From: Eubacteriales bacterium
GTDB lineage: Bacteria > Bacillota > Clostridia > Oscillospirales > CAG-272
DNA length: 64,000 nucleotides
Assembly: GCA_045541375.1 (NCBI GenBank)
Contig: JAZQJB010000042.1
Coordinates: 981 to 64,980 of the forward strand
Direction of reading: 5' to 3'
Part shown: positions 24,918-34,133 of the stretch, piece by piece
Layout of the letters: the number at the start of each line of letters is the position of its first letter
How positions within the stretch are numbered: position 1 is the first letter of the stretch
Position numbers and translations under genes: made by a program
Notes under the pieces: generated by a model
Told to the model about the DNA's origin: nothing
The model's database searches: none
What the model saw: the letters and a program-made list of their open reading frames with translations, nothing else

Positions 24918-25442
24918 ATGCCAAAGGGAATCGCCATAGTCGGGCTGAACGGCAGTGGGAAGACGACGCTCGGGCGGGCGCTTGCCGAAAGGCTCGGGTA
25001 TTATCGGATGGATGTCGAGGATTATTATTTCCCGAAATCGGATGTTCCTTACGCCGTCGCGCGGACACGCGAGGAAGTCGAGCGGTTGATGCTTGCCGAC
25101 ATCAAGGAGCACGGGGATTTCGTCCTCTCGGCGGTCTGCGCGGATTTTGCCGCGATCGAGCCGTTTTATAAGTTAATAGTCTACCTTGAAGCGCCGCAAA
25201 ATGAGCGAATGGAGCGCATACGGCAGAGAAGCGTTGACAAATTCGGCTCACGTGTGCTGCCCGGCGGCGATATGTATGAGCAAGAGGAGAATTTTTTCGC
25301 CTTCGCCGCGAAAAGAACGCCCGATAAGATTGAAAAGTGGATCAAGACTGTCGCTTGCCCCGTGCTGCGGATAGAGTCGACACGTACAATCGATGAAATC
25401 GCAGCGGAGATCATGTGCAAACTTGTGGAGGACAACAAATGA
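24918..25442 (+). CDS. P-loop NTPase/kinase-like protein (AAA_18 / nucleoside-monophosphate kinase-like)
   Basis: Walker A GLNGSGKTT at the N-terminus. ATG lies 1 nt after the HepT stop. Visibly higher GC than the TA pair. Confidence 0.7.
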   Translation: MPKGIAIVGLNGSGKTTLGRALAERLGYYRMDVEDYYFPKSDVPYAVARTREEVERLMLADIKEHGDFVLSAVCADFAAIEPFYKLIVYLEAPQNERMERIRQRSVDKFGSRVLPGGDMYEQEENFFAFAAKRTPDKIEKWIKTVACPVLRIESTRTIDEIAAEIMCKLVEDNK

Positions 25443-25565
25443 ATGGAAGAATTACTTGCTTCTCATCGCCGCAATCGCGGAGTTGATTTTTGCGATTATT
25501 TTTTCATATAATACTTGGATGGGACGGATGAGCGTATAAGAAAGAAACCGTGCACATTTATGACC

Positions 25566-25918
25566 TTGACATCCCCGCGTTTCTTGCGAATATTGAGGAA
25601 GAGTGCCTTTATCGGATAGATTTGTTTGAGAGGTATTGATATGTTTGCGCCCTTCGGGCGGGGGGTGACAGGAGCGCGTACTTGCCTTCGGCAAGTTGCA
25701 ACTCTTGCTTGTCGGCTCCCGCCTCCATTTTCCTTCGGAAAACCGCAAGAGCTGCACTTCCCTACATTCGGGAAGGACTGACTCTGTCCAAAATCGAGAA
25801 GCAGAGCTTCACGATTTTGAAGCACGGAGGCGAGAGCTGAAGCTCTCGCATTAGTCCGAGGCTCTGCCTCGTGCTCCGCGAACTTTTGAAAAAGTTCGAT
25901 CAAAACTTTCCGCTTTTT
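25566..25918. repeat. Multi-hairpin structured element, copy B (opposite orientation to copy A)
   Basis: Core at 25756-25909. Possible promoter TTGACA-N17-AATATT at 25566-25594. Confidence 0.75.
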
Positions 25919-25930
25919 TAATTGAGATGT

Positions 25931-25958
25931 AAAAATCCGCCCGTGTGGGCGGATTTTT
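25931..25958. terminator. Bidirectional terminator
   Basis: AAAAATCCGCCC-GTGT-GGGCGGATTTTT. Confidence 0.8.
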
Positions 25959-25974
25959 ATCTTTGGTTGGCAAC

Positions 25975-26715
25975 TTACTCAAGCGTAATGCTATCGCAAT
26001 TAAGAAAATCGTGAGCGGAGATGAGGGAGTTGGTAGGGATGATCTTCTGTGCGCCGCATTTTTTGCAGTAGACGCGCATTCCTTCTGCGGTCAGCTCGGC
26101 GGCGTAGTCGCCGTCGTAGGGGGAGGTGAGGTCGAAGGAGTCGGTGGGGGCGGTATCCTCGCTTCCCTCGGGGTGGCATTTGCAGTAGATCTTGCCCTCG
26201 GCGTCGAGGTCGTGGATGACGAAGGTGACGATCTCCATTATCTGCGGGTCGGGAAGGGCGGCTTCGTCGGCGTCGAGGTCGCGGAAGCTTTCGATGCCGT
26301 TTTCCTCAAGCATATCAAGCAGCTCGAGCTCGTTGCGCGCAAGCTCTGCTTTTACGTGGTTCTGCTCGCCCATAAAGCAGATGTTGATGCCCGAATAGGG
26401 GCAGGGAAGCATGAAGATGTCCTTGCCGTAAAAGAGGCTCGGATTGACGTTGAACTGGTGGGGCTTGCCGCAGAAGATGCAGGGAACGCTGATGCGTACC
26501 GAGCCGTCCGAGGCGAGAGTTATGTCAAGCGCGGCATTGTCGCGCGCGGATCTTTCGTTGTCCTCGCTTTTTTTGACCGAAGCGCAATCGGGGTTGGTGC
26601 ATTTGAGCCTTACCCTGTCCGCCGACAGCTTGAAAACGTCGACAGCGCTCATAATTCCGCTTCCGCAAGAGGGACAGCGGTAAGCGATCGAGGTCGATTT
26701 GGGTTCTAAAATCAT
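25975..26715 (-). CDS. Cys-rich hypothetical protein with multiple zinc-ribbon-like CxxC pairs
   Basis: CPSCG, CTNPDC, CIFCG, CKCH and CKKCG. GGAGG RBS. No family recognised. Confidence 0.6.
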   Translation of the reverse strand: MILEPKSTSIAYRCPSCGSGIMSAVDVFKLSADRVRLKCTNPDCASVKKSEDNERSARDNAALDITLASDGSVRISVPCIFCGKPHQFNVNPSLFYGKDIFMLPCPYSGINICFMGEQNHVKAELARNELELLDMLEENGIESFRDLDADEAALPDPQIMEIVTFVIHDLDAEGKIYCKCHPEGSEDTAPTDSFDLTSPYDGDYAAELTAEGMRVYCKKCGAQKIIPTNSLISAHDFLNCDSITLE

Positions 26716-26780
26716 TTATATGTGTTCCTCCAATATATTTCTTTATAGTATATGTTTTACTTTTTAGTGCTGACATATAC

Positions 26781-26819
26781 AAAAAAGATATCCGCACTGC
26801 ACCGCGTGCAGTGCGGATA
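26781..26819 (-). terminator. Terminator after the PPIase gene
   Basis: ATCCGCACTGCA/TGCAGTGCGGAT stem with a T-run on the minus strand. Confidence 0.8.
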
Positions 26820-26831
26820 TGATAAGTAATA

Positions 26832-28544
26832 TTACTTAATGGAGTTAACTACGGATTCCTTAGCGGTGTAGTTGTAGGTAGTAGCGTTGGTCTCAACCCA
26901 CTCGGTGAAGAGGTCATTGAGAACGCCGCTGTGTGCGGTGTTTTCCCAAGCAAGCTTGCCGTCGCCGATGAAGTACATTACGTGGTAACCGTAAGTGGTC
27001 TCAACGATGCCGGTCTCACCAACGGTGCGAGCCTCGTCGAAGATCCAGTTTTCGAATTCCTCGACCATATCGCCCTTGGAAACGCCCTCGTAAACAACGT
27101 TGGAGTCAGCGGTCTTTTCCTCGCCGAGCTTCTCGAAAGCTTCCTGGGTCTTCTCGCCTGCAAGGTAATCTGCAAGGATCTTGTCAGCCTCAGCCTTTGC
27201 CTTAGCCTTCTCCTCGTCGGTGATGGTGGTGCCGGTCTTGTAGTCGTCGAAGCTTACAAGAATGTGAGCAACGTCCTTGGTTGTGGACTCGTCAAGGTGA
27301 GAGGTATTTTCCATGAAGTATACGGAGTAGGTAGACTTCTTGTCGCCCTCGGAGGTGATGGTCTTGGTGTCGCCAACCTTGGTGGTCTCGTCGAAGAGCC
27401 ATGTGTCAAGCTCGGTGATCTTGTCAGCCTCAGCCTCGGGATCGTAGTGGAGGCTGTCTTCCTTAACGATCGCGTCGTAAGCGGTCTCTGCCTCGTCGCA
27501 AAGCTCGTCAAAGATCTCGGAGAGAGCGTTGTTATATGCATTGTCAGCGGACTTCTCGAACTTTACGTCATCCTCGGTGAGGGACTTGCGGACGAGAGCA
27601 AGGAGAGCGTCCTTGTCAGCTGCGAGAACGTCAGCAGCGGGAGCATCGGTGAGAGCTTCCTTCTCGTAAAGCTCGTCGAACTTCTCGGCGCATACGGTGA
27701 GCACGATGTGGTCAGCAGCGGTGGACTTGAACTCGTCAGCGGACTTAACTGCTGCGAGCTTCTCTGCGAGAGCTGCCATAGTTGCCTTTTCTGCCTCGTA
27801 AGCCTGGGTCTCCTCAACGGTAGCCTCTGCGCCTGCCTCGATGAGCTCTGCGGTGTAGGTGTAGGTGAGGTAGTCAGCCATGTAGAAGAGGTCAACGTTC
27901 TCCTCAACGTACTTGTTGATAGCATCTTCGGTGATCTCTGCCTCAAGCTTAGCCTCAAGAGCCTCGTAAGCTGCGTTCGAGAGGTAGTTGAGCTCGAGAG
28001 ACTTGCGGATGTCGCTTGCGTTTACGCCGTTGCCGTACATAAGCTTGATGTAGCTTGCGGTGCTGTAGAGGTTGGACGATGCAGCCTCGTCGATGGAAGC
28101 CATGTAAGCGTCGATAGCCTCATTGTCCTCAGCCGAAAGCTCGATTCCGTTAGCCTTTGCATATTCGCAAAGAACGAGCATCTGCTTTACCTGATCGAGG
28201 GTGCTTTCTGCCATCGAGTCAAAAGACTGACTGAGAACGTCAGCAAGGGTGTAATTAAGTCCGTACTGCTGATAGAGAGCAACCATCTGCTGTGCCTGAG
28301 AGTAGATGAGGTAGGACATTACGGTACCGCTTACGCTGAAGTTGTCGGTCTTTGCAGCGGTTCTTGTACGAAGTACGATGCCGGTGTTTACAATTACCGA
28401 AAGAAGGATGCATCCTACAAGGAGGAGCGATACCGCGATAGTTGTGATAGTTGTGATGAGTTTTGTGTTCTTAGGAGTAGCTTCAACTGTGGTGTTTACA
28501 GTTTCAAAAGCTCTGTCCTGTCTGCTTCTGTTTCCTTTTCCCAT
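26832..28544 (-). CDS. Membrane-anchored peptidylprolyl isomerase (PrsA/SurA-like, parvulin domain)
   Basis: N-terminal TM segment. C-terminal rotamase-like segment HILVSF...GDMVEEFENWIFDE...GIVETTYGYHVMY. Confidence 0.8.
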   Translation of the reverse strand: MGKGNRSRQDRAFETVNTTVEATPKNTKLITTITTIAVSLLLVGCILLSVIVNTGIVLRTRTAAKTDNFSVSGTVMSYLIYSQAQQMVALYQQYGLNYTLADVLSQSFDSMAESTLDQVKQMLVLCEYAKANGIELSAEDNEAIDAYMASIDEAASSNLYSTASYIKLMYGNGVNASDIRKSLELNYLSNAAYEALEAKLEAEITEDAINKYVEENVDLFYMADYLTYTYTAELIEAGAEATVEETQAYEAEKATMAALAEKLAAVKSADEFKSTAADHIVLTVCAEKFDELYEKEALTDAPAADVLAADKDALLALVRKSLTEDDVKFEKSADNAYNNALSEIFDELCDEAETAYDAIVKEDSLHYDPEAEADKITELDTWLFDETTKVGDTKTITSEGDKKSTYSVYFMENTSHLDESTTKDVAHILVSFDDYKTGTTITDEEKAKAKAEADKILADYLAGEKTQEAFEKLGEEKTADSNVVYEGVSKGDMVEEFENWIFDEARTVGETGIVETTYGYHVMYFIGDGKLAWENTAHSGVLNDLFTEWVETNATTYNYTAKESVVNSIK

Positions 28545-28723
28545 GTTATTAACCTTTCCGGCGCGTCTGACCTGACATAGGGCTGCCTGACGCGCAAATT
28601 GTTTTTCCGCCTTGGCGGATTTGTTTTTTAGTTCTCTTTTGTCGAGAAATAGACCAAGTTATATTATACTATTTTTTACAACGCTATATATTAATAAACC
28701 GTAAATTTGCGTAAAATTTTTGC

Positions 28724-30574
28724 TTAAAGGTCGGTAATGAAGGGCACGATCATCGGATTTCTGCCGGTTTCGCTTGCAAGCATCCTTGAAAGCTCGCGGC
28801 GGACGCGCTCCTTCATAGCCTCGAGGTTTGGCTTCTTCGAGCGGTCGAGCATATCCGCGATGATCTCTGCCGCGCGCATTTTCGCCTCGTAGAGAAGATC
28901 CTCGGAGTCGGGAACGTAGACAAAGCCCTTAGTGATGATCTCGGGCGGGTTGATGACGTATCTTGTTGTCAGATCGACAGAGGCAAAGACGATGAGGATT
29001 CCGTCCTCTGCAAGGTGGAGTCTGTCGCGAAGCACGGCACCGCCTACGTCGCCGACGCCAAAGCCGTCAACGAGCGTTCTGCCCGCGCTGACGGTATCGG
29101 TGAATGCCGCGCGGTGGCGGCTGACCGAAAGTACCTGACCGAGATCTCCGACGAAGACGTTTTCGGGCGGTGTGCCAAGGAAGGTTGCGATATTTCTGTT
29201 TGCCGCAAGGTGGCGGAACTCGCCGTGGATGGGCATATAGAATTTCGGCTTGACAAGCTGATAAAGGAGCTTGATCTCCTCCGAGGATGCGTGTCCCGAG
29301 GCGTGCAGACCGAGCTGGACTGAGCCCTCAATGACCTTGATGCCGTTGTGGCAGAGCTCGTTGATGATGCGTCCGATCAGCTTTTCGTTGCCGGGGATCG
29401 CGCTGGAAGAGAAGATGACGACGTCATTTGCGCCGAGGGTGATGTCGCGGTGGTCGCCGAAAGCCATGCGGTAGAGCGCGGACATGGGCTCGCCCTGGCT
29501 GCCCGTCGAGATAACGGTGATGTCGCCGGGGGCATAGCCCTTGGCTTCCGAAATATCAATGATCGCGCCCGCGGGCGGGTTCATATAGCCAAGCTCGATG
29601 GCGGCGGACACGACGTTCTGCATACTTCTGCCCGAAAGGGCGATGCGTCTGCCGTGGCGGAGCGAAACGTCGATTATCTGCTGAACGCGGTGAACGTTCG
29701 AGGAGAAAGTGGAAATTATGATCCTTTTGCCCTCGTTGGCGGTGAAAATATCCTCAAGCGTGCCGCCGACACTCTTTTCGGAGGGCGTAAAGCCGCCTCT
29801 CTCGGAGTTCGTCGACTCGCAGAGCATAAGGGTGACGCCCTTTTTGCCGAGCTCACCGAAGCGCGCAAGGTCGATCATCTCGCCCTCGATGGGGGAAACG
29901 TCGATCTTGAAGTCGCCCGTGTGGATGATGTATCCGCAGGGGGTGTTGATCGCAAGAGCGCAGGCATCCGCGATCGAGTGGTTTACGTGGATGAATTCAG
30001 CCGAGAAAACGCCGAGCTTGACCGTGTCGCCCGCAGAAACCACGTTGAGCTGGGGCGCGAAGGGCATACGGTGCTCTTTGAGCTTGCCCTTGATGATGCC
30101 GATCGTCAGCGCTGTGCCGTATATCGGGATATTGAAATGGCGGAGAAGGTAGGGGATTCCTCCGATGTGGTCCTCGTGACCGTGGGTGAGAAGCACGCCG
30201 CGGATCTTTGTGCGGTGTTCTTCAAGATATGCAAAATTGGGGATGACGAGGTCAACGCCGGGCATATCTTCTTCGGGAAAGCCGATTCCGCAGTCGATGA
30301 TGATGATGTCGTCCTCGAATTCGAGCAGAGTCATATTCTTGCCGATCTCGCCAAGACCGCCGAGGGGAATGACCTTTACGCTCTTTTCGTTCTTGCGGGG
30401 AGCGGCATTTTTCTGGCTTTTGGGCTTTCTGACGTGAGTTTTTCTCTCACTCTGAGGCTTTTGTGCCTGCTTTGTATCATTTTTTGCAGCAGGCTTCTTT
30501 GCCTGCTTCTTCTTTGTTTCGGGCGCGGTATTTTCGGGTGCGCCGGGGGTCTGATTGTTCTTCTTTTTAGGCAT
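28724..30574 (-). CDS. rnj: Ribonuclease J with a Lys-rich N-terminal extension
   Basis: IPLGGLGEIGKNM...LLTHGHEDHIGG beta-CASP/MBL motifs. ATG at 30574 follows AAGGAG. Confidence 0.92.
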   Translation of the reverse strand: MPKKKNNQTPGAPENTAPETKKKQAKKPAAKNDTKQAQKPQSERKTHVRKPKSQKNAAPRKNEKSVKVIPLGGLGEIGKNMTLLEFEDDIIIIDCGIGFPEEDMPGVDLVIPNFAYLEEHRTKIRGVLLTHGHEDHIGGIPYLLRHFNIPIYGTALTIGIIKGKLKEHRMPFAPQLNVVSAGDTVKLGVFSAEFIHVNHSIADACALAINTPCGYIIHTGDFKIDVSPIEGEMIDLARFGELGKKGVTLMLCESTNSERGGFTPSEKSVGGTLEDIFTANEGKRIIISTFSSNVHRVQQIIDVSLRHGRRIALSGRSMQNVVSAAIELGYMNPPAGAIIDISEAKGYAPGDITVISTGSQGEPMSALYRMAFGDHRDITLGANDVVIFSSSAIPGNEKLIGRIINELCHNGIKVIEGSVQLGLHASGHASSEEIKLLYQLVKPKFYMPIHGEFRHLAANRNIATFLGTPPENVFVGDLGQVLSVSRHRAAFTDTVSAGRTLVDGFGVGDVGGAVLRDRLHLAEDGILIVFASVDLTTRYVINPPEIITKGFVYVPDSEDLLYEAKMRAAEIIADMLDRSKKPNLEAMKERVRRELSRMLASETGRNPMIVPFITDL

Positions 30575-30819
30575 ATATTCTCCTTTTTGCAAAACGAACC
30601 AAAACCTCACCGAAAATCGTGCGAGGCGGAACGTTTTATTCATTATTATTTATATATACCGCCTTATTTCCTTGGGGCGGTCAACAGCCAAAGTATATTA
30701 TACTATATTTTGTGTTGTTTGTCAACAATATTATTTCCGCAATAAGTTTTTCAATATGCATTTAAAAGGCAAAATGTAAAAAAATTACTGTAAATTTTTA
30801 GAAATATCATCAAAAAATG

Positions 30820-30848
30820 TTGACAAGGGTCGAAAGATGTGGTATAAT
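30820..30848 (+). promoter_or_regulatory. Perfect consensus promoter for abrB
   Basis: TTGACA 30820-30825, N17, TATAAT 30843-30848. Confidence 0.75.
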
Positions 30849-30884
30849 TATGGCATAAACCACAATATATAGGAGGATTTTAAA

Positions 30885-31130
30885 ATGAAATCTACCGGAG
30901 TAGTACGCCGTATTGACGAGCTTGGCAGAATCGTGCTTCCCATCGAGATCCGCCGCTCGCTTGACATCAACGTAAAAGATCCCGTTGAAATTTTTATCGA
31001 CAACGAGAAGATCGTTCTTCAGAAATATTCGCCCGCCTGCATTTTCTGCGGAGATGCGGACAATATCGTATTCTTCAACGGCAAGAGAATCTGCCAGAAC
31101 TGCCTTGACGAAATCAAGAATAAGCTTTAA
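30885..31130 (+). CDS. abrB: AbrB/SpoVT-family transition-state regulator with a C-terminal CxxC...CxxC extension
   Basis: MKSTGVVRRIDELGRIVLPIEIRRSL swapped-hairpin domain. Tail ACIFCG...CQNC. Confidence 0.88.
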   Translation: MKSTGVVRRIDELGRIVLPIEIRRSLDINVKDPVEIFIDNEKIVLQKYSPACIFCGDADNIVFFNGKRICQNCLDEIKNKL

Positions 31131-31198
31131 TATACATATAGAAAGGCAAGCGTGGGGTACGTTTGCCTTTTTGACATTTATATTCAAGGAGAAATGAC

Positions 31199-33622
31199 AT
31201 GAAAAGAATAGTTTGTTTGCTGATCTCGGCAATTATGATACTCTCGCTCTTTGCTATGCCCGCGGGTGCGGCAGAGAAGAGTGGCGCGGTTTTTGAAGTC
31301 GATGAGCTTTACCGCACAGCGGAAAGACTTGACGCACAGCCTCACTCCTACGAGGCTTGGGTGAAGGTTGAAAAGGGCGCGCCCGCCTCCGAGCTGGGAG
31401 TCATCGCGGGCAACTATAAAAACGGCTCGACCCACAGCTACGGAATGGAAGTCCGCGCAAACGGCAACCCCTTCCTTTGGCTTGGCTATGGCGGTGAAGG
31501 CACCAATCAGCGCATCTCGTTCGATAAGGTCGACCTCCGCACCGGCGAATGGACACACGTTGCGATAACGCACGATAGCCAGACCGCATATTGCTACATC
31601 AACGGTGAGCTCGTGCAGACCGTTTCTGCACCTCTTCCCGACGTAAATATGTCAAAGACAGGCGCGCTTTGCATCGGAGGTGACCTCCGTTCCGGCAACA
31701 AGCGTTATCTCAAGAATTCGGAGCTTTCCTCCGTCGCTCTCTTCTCGGATATGAGAACCGAGGCAGAGATCAAGGCTGACATGGCCAATGTAGCTCTTTC
31801 CGATGCCGATATTCTTGCGGCTTATGATTTTTCCGCGCGAGATACAAGCTGCCTTAAAGATCTTTCGTCGAAGGGCAGAGATCTGACCTACAGCGGCAAG
31901 CTTCTTGACGTTCCGAAGGTCGAGGACACAGAAAAGGGCGGAATGGCGTTTACTGCAGAGATCTATAAGCTTGAAAAGAAGATCGCAGACCCGATCAACA
32001 CCTTTGAAGCAACCGTATATTTCCCCAAGAATTACACTCCCAGCGAGCGCGGTGGCGTTATCATCGGTAACTTCGGAAATAATTCCGCTTGCGTCAACTT
32101 TGAAATTTATTCGGACGGTTCACCCAGAGTGTACATCACGGATAAAGCGGGAACGGTATATAATTTCGTTTTCAACAATGCTAACGTTTACACAGGCGAA
32201 TGGACACATATTGCTGTAGTTCGTGAATCTGCAGGCAAGATGAGCTGTTACGTCAACGGTGAGCTTGTTCAGACTCTCAGCAAGGCGTCCCCGAATCCCG
32301 TTACCGAAGATTTTCACGTTCTCGGCGGTGACCTGAGAAGTGGAAACGTGCAGTATTTCAAGGGAAGGATCAAGAACGTCGCGCTCTATTCCGATGCGCG
32401 CACCGCAGACGAGATCAAGACGGATATGAAAGCTCCCGCGAAGGACGGACTTATCTGTCACTACGAGCTTGACGGTCTGAATGCTCCCGATATCATTGCC
32501 GATAATAGCGCAAACGGATTTGCGGCAAAGCTTAAAAAGATGTATTTCACCGAAAAAGCACCTCTTGAGGACTATGCATACTCCTTCGCCGTTGTTGGCG
32601 ACACGCAGATACTTGCGCTGAACTATCAGGATAAATTCACCGCTCTTTACGATTGGATACTCGGCAACGTTGAGTCCAAAAAGATCAAATTCGTCCTCGG
32701 ACTCGGTGACATCACCGATGACGACACCAACGCCGAATGGGCGCTTGCAAAGAAGAATATTATCCGAATGAACGGAGTTGTGCCCTATTCGCTCGTCAGA
32801 GGAAACCACGACTCGATCAATCAGATGAAGAAATATTTCCCCATCAGCGAGTTTGGCTCCACCGTTACGGGCACCTATGAGTCGAACAGCATCATCAACA
32901 GCTACCACAAGTTCGCTGTTGGCGATATTAAGTATCTTGTATTCACACTTGACTACGGCGCTTTCGATGAGGTTCTCGACTGGGCTGCCGGAATCATCGA
33001 GGCTCATCCCGATCACAACGTCATCATCACCACTCACGCATATATGTTCCGCGACGGTACCACCCTTGACGCCGGCGACGTTGTTCCTCCCTCGAACAAG
33101 GGTCCCAAGTACAATAATGGCGACCATATCTGGGATAAGCTCGTCAAGAAGTATGAAAATATCGTCCTCGTCCTCTCGGGTCACGACCCCTGCGACTACG
33201 TTGTTGCGGCTCAGGAAAAGGGCGTCAACGGCAATACAGTCACCCAGATGCTCGTCGACCCGCAGGGCGTTGATAAGGCACAGGGCGGCGTCGGACTCGT
33301 CACGATGCTTTATTTCTCTGCTGACGGTAAGACGATGCAGGTCGAAACCTATTCGACCGACAGAAAGGCTTTCTACCTCGAGGAAAATCAGTTCACCCTG
33401 ACCCTCGACCTCGTTGAACCCAAGACCGAGGAAACCACCGCCGAGGCAACCGAGCCCGAAACCACCGCACCCCCCACAACCGAGCCTGTAACCACAGAAG
33501 CTCCCACAGCAACCGAACCTATTCCTGAAAAGAGCGGCTGCGGCGCAAGCCTTTCACTTGCGACCCTTCCGATGATTTTCCTTGCAATTTCTTTCGTTTT
33601 CAAGAAGGAGAGGGAAGAGTAA
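31199..33622 (+). CDS. Secreted two-LamG (concanavalin-like lectin) plus calcineurin-like metallophosphoesterase protein with a C-terminal anchor/sorting-like segment
   Basis: Signal peptide. Two repeats with GEWTHVAIT/GEWTHIAVV ... CYINGELVQT/CYVNGELVQT. Phosphoesterase motifs VVGDTQ, GLGDITDD, RGNHD, TTHAY, SGHD. Tail SGCGAS-TM-KKEREE. Confidence 0.8.
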   Translation: MKRIVCLLISAIMILSLFAMPAGAAEKSGAVFEVDELYRTAERLDAQPHSYEAWVKVEKGAPASELGVIAGNYKNGSTHSYGMEVRANGNPFLWLGYGGEGTNQRISFDKVDLRTGEWTHVAITHDSQTAYCYINGELVQTVSAPLPDVNMSKTGALCIGGDLRSGNKRYLKNSELSSVALFSDMRTEAEIKADMANVALSDADILAAYDFSARDTSCLKDLSSKGRDLTYSGKLLDVPKVEDTEKGGMAFTAEIYKLEKKIADPINTFEATVYFPKNYTPSERGGVIIGNFGNNSACVNFEIYSDGSPRVYITDKAGTVYNFVFNNANVYTGEWTHIAVVRESAGKMSCYVNGELVQTLSKASPNPVTEDFHVLGGDLRSGNVQYFKGRIKNVALYSDARTADEIKTDMKAPAKDGLICHYELDGLNAPDIIADNSANGFAAKLKKMYFTEKAPLEDYAYSFAVVGDTQILALNYQDKFTALYDWILGNVESKKIKFVLGLGDITDDDTNAEWALAKKNIIRMNGVVPYSLVRGNHDSINQMKKYFPISEFGSTVTGTYESNSIINSYHKFAVGDIKYLVFTLDYGAFDEVLDWAAGIIEAHPDHNVIITTHAYMFRDGTTLDAGDVVPPSNKGPKYNNGDHIWDKLVKKYENIVLVLSGHDPCDYVVAAQEKGVNGNTVTQMLVDPQGVDKAQGGVGLVTMLYFSADGKTMQVETYSTDRKAFYLEENQFTLTLDLVEPKTEETTAEATEPETTAPPTTEPVTTEAPTATEPIPEKSGCGASLSLATLPMIFLAISFVFKKEREE

Positions 33623-33638
33623 AGATCATTAATTAAGT

Positions 33639-33671
33639 AAAAGCCACGAACAGGTCTGTTCGTGGCTTTTT
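33639..33671. terminator. Bidirectional terminator between convergent genes
   Basis: AAAAGCCACGAACAG-GT-CTGTTCGTGGCTTTTT. Confidence 0.85.
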
Positions 33672-33683
33672 GAAATGTAAAGG

Positions 33684-34133
33684 TTATTTGCTTTGCTTGC
33701 TCTCATACATCATCCGAGTCAGTTCTTTTGAAACATCCTCGCAGTCAGCGACGTAATCGAATTTGAAGCTTTCGAGGTGGGTGATGATTGTGATTTCGCC
33801 CCAATGATAAGTTATGCCCTTGCCTCGCGCGCAGCGGTAGGAAACGTCGATAATATCCTTCGGGTCGAGTGTCACATCCTTGGGGAGATGAAGCATTCCC
33901 TTGTTGTCCACGGTTATGATCTCATACGGAACGCGCAAGTATTTCACAATGTTGTAAGAAAATGCCGCTATGATGACGATTGCAAACAAGATCGCAATCA
34001 AATAGTGCGTCTCAAACTCTTTTGTGAAGGCAGCAACAATGATCACCAATCCAAAGAGCAATATGATCCCGTAGAGCAGCAGGAGACCGCTCTTTTTCTT
34101 TGCTACTACCATCATATAAATCTGTTGAACCAC
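33684..34133 (-). CDS. Small membrane protein with a PH-like C-terminal domain; start uncertain
   Basis: Two TM helices followed by a soluble domain. AT-rich relative to its neighbours. Confidence 0.5.
   Translation of the reverse strand: MVQQIYMMVVAKKKSGLLLLYGIILLFGLVIIVAAFTKEFETHYLIAILFAIVIIAAFSYNIVKYLRVPYEIITVDNKGMLHLPKDVTLDPKDIIDVSYRCARGKGITYHWGEITIITHLESFKFDYVADCEDVSKELTRMMYESKQSK

Noticed and set aside
24918-25442. P-loop kinase considered as a third component of the HepT/MntA system.
   Set aside because: Its base composition matches the host genes rather than the AT-rich TA pair. More likely it is a resident gene downstream of the insertion. Co-transcription remains possible, and this is mentioned under the TA finding.
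25640-25740. CTTCGG-like loops considered as UUCG tetraloops that would fix the transcribed strand of the multi-hairpin element.
   Set aside because: When registered carefully, the stems close on TTC/GAA triloops that are symmetric on both strands. They give no strand information.
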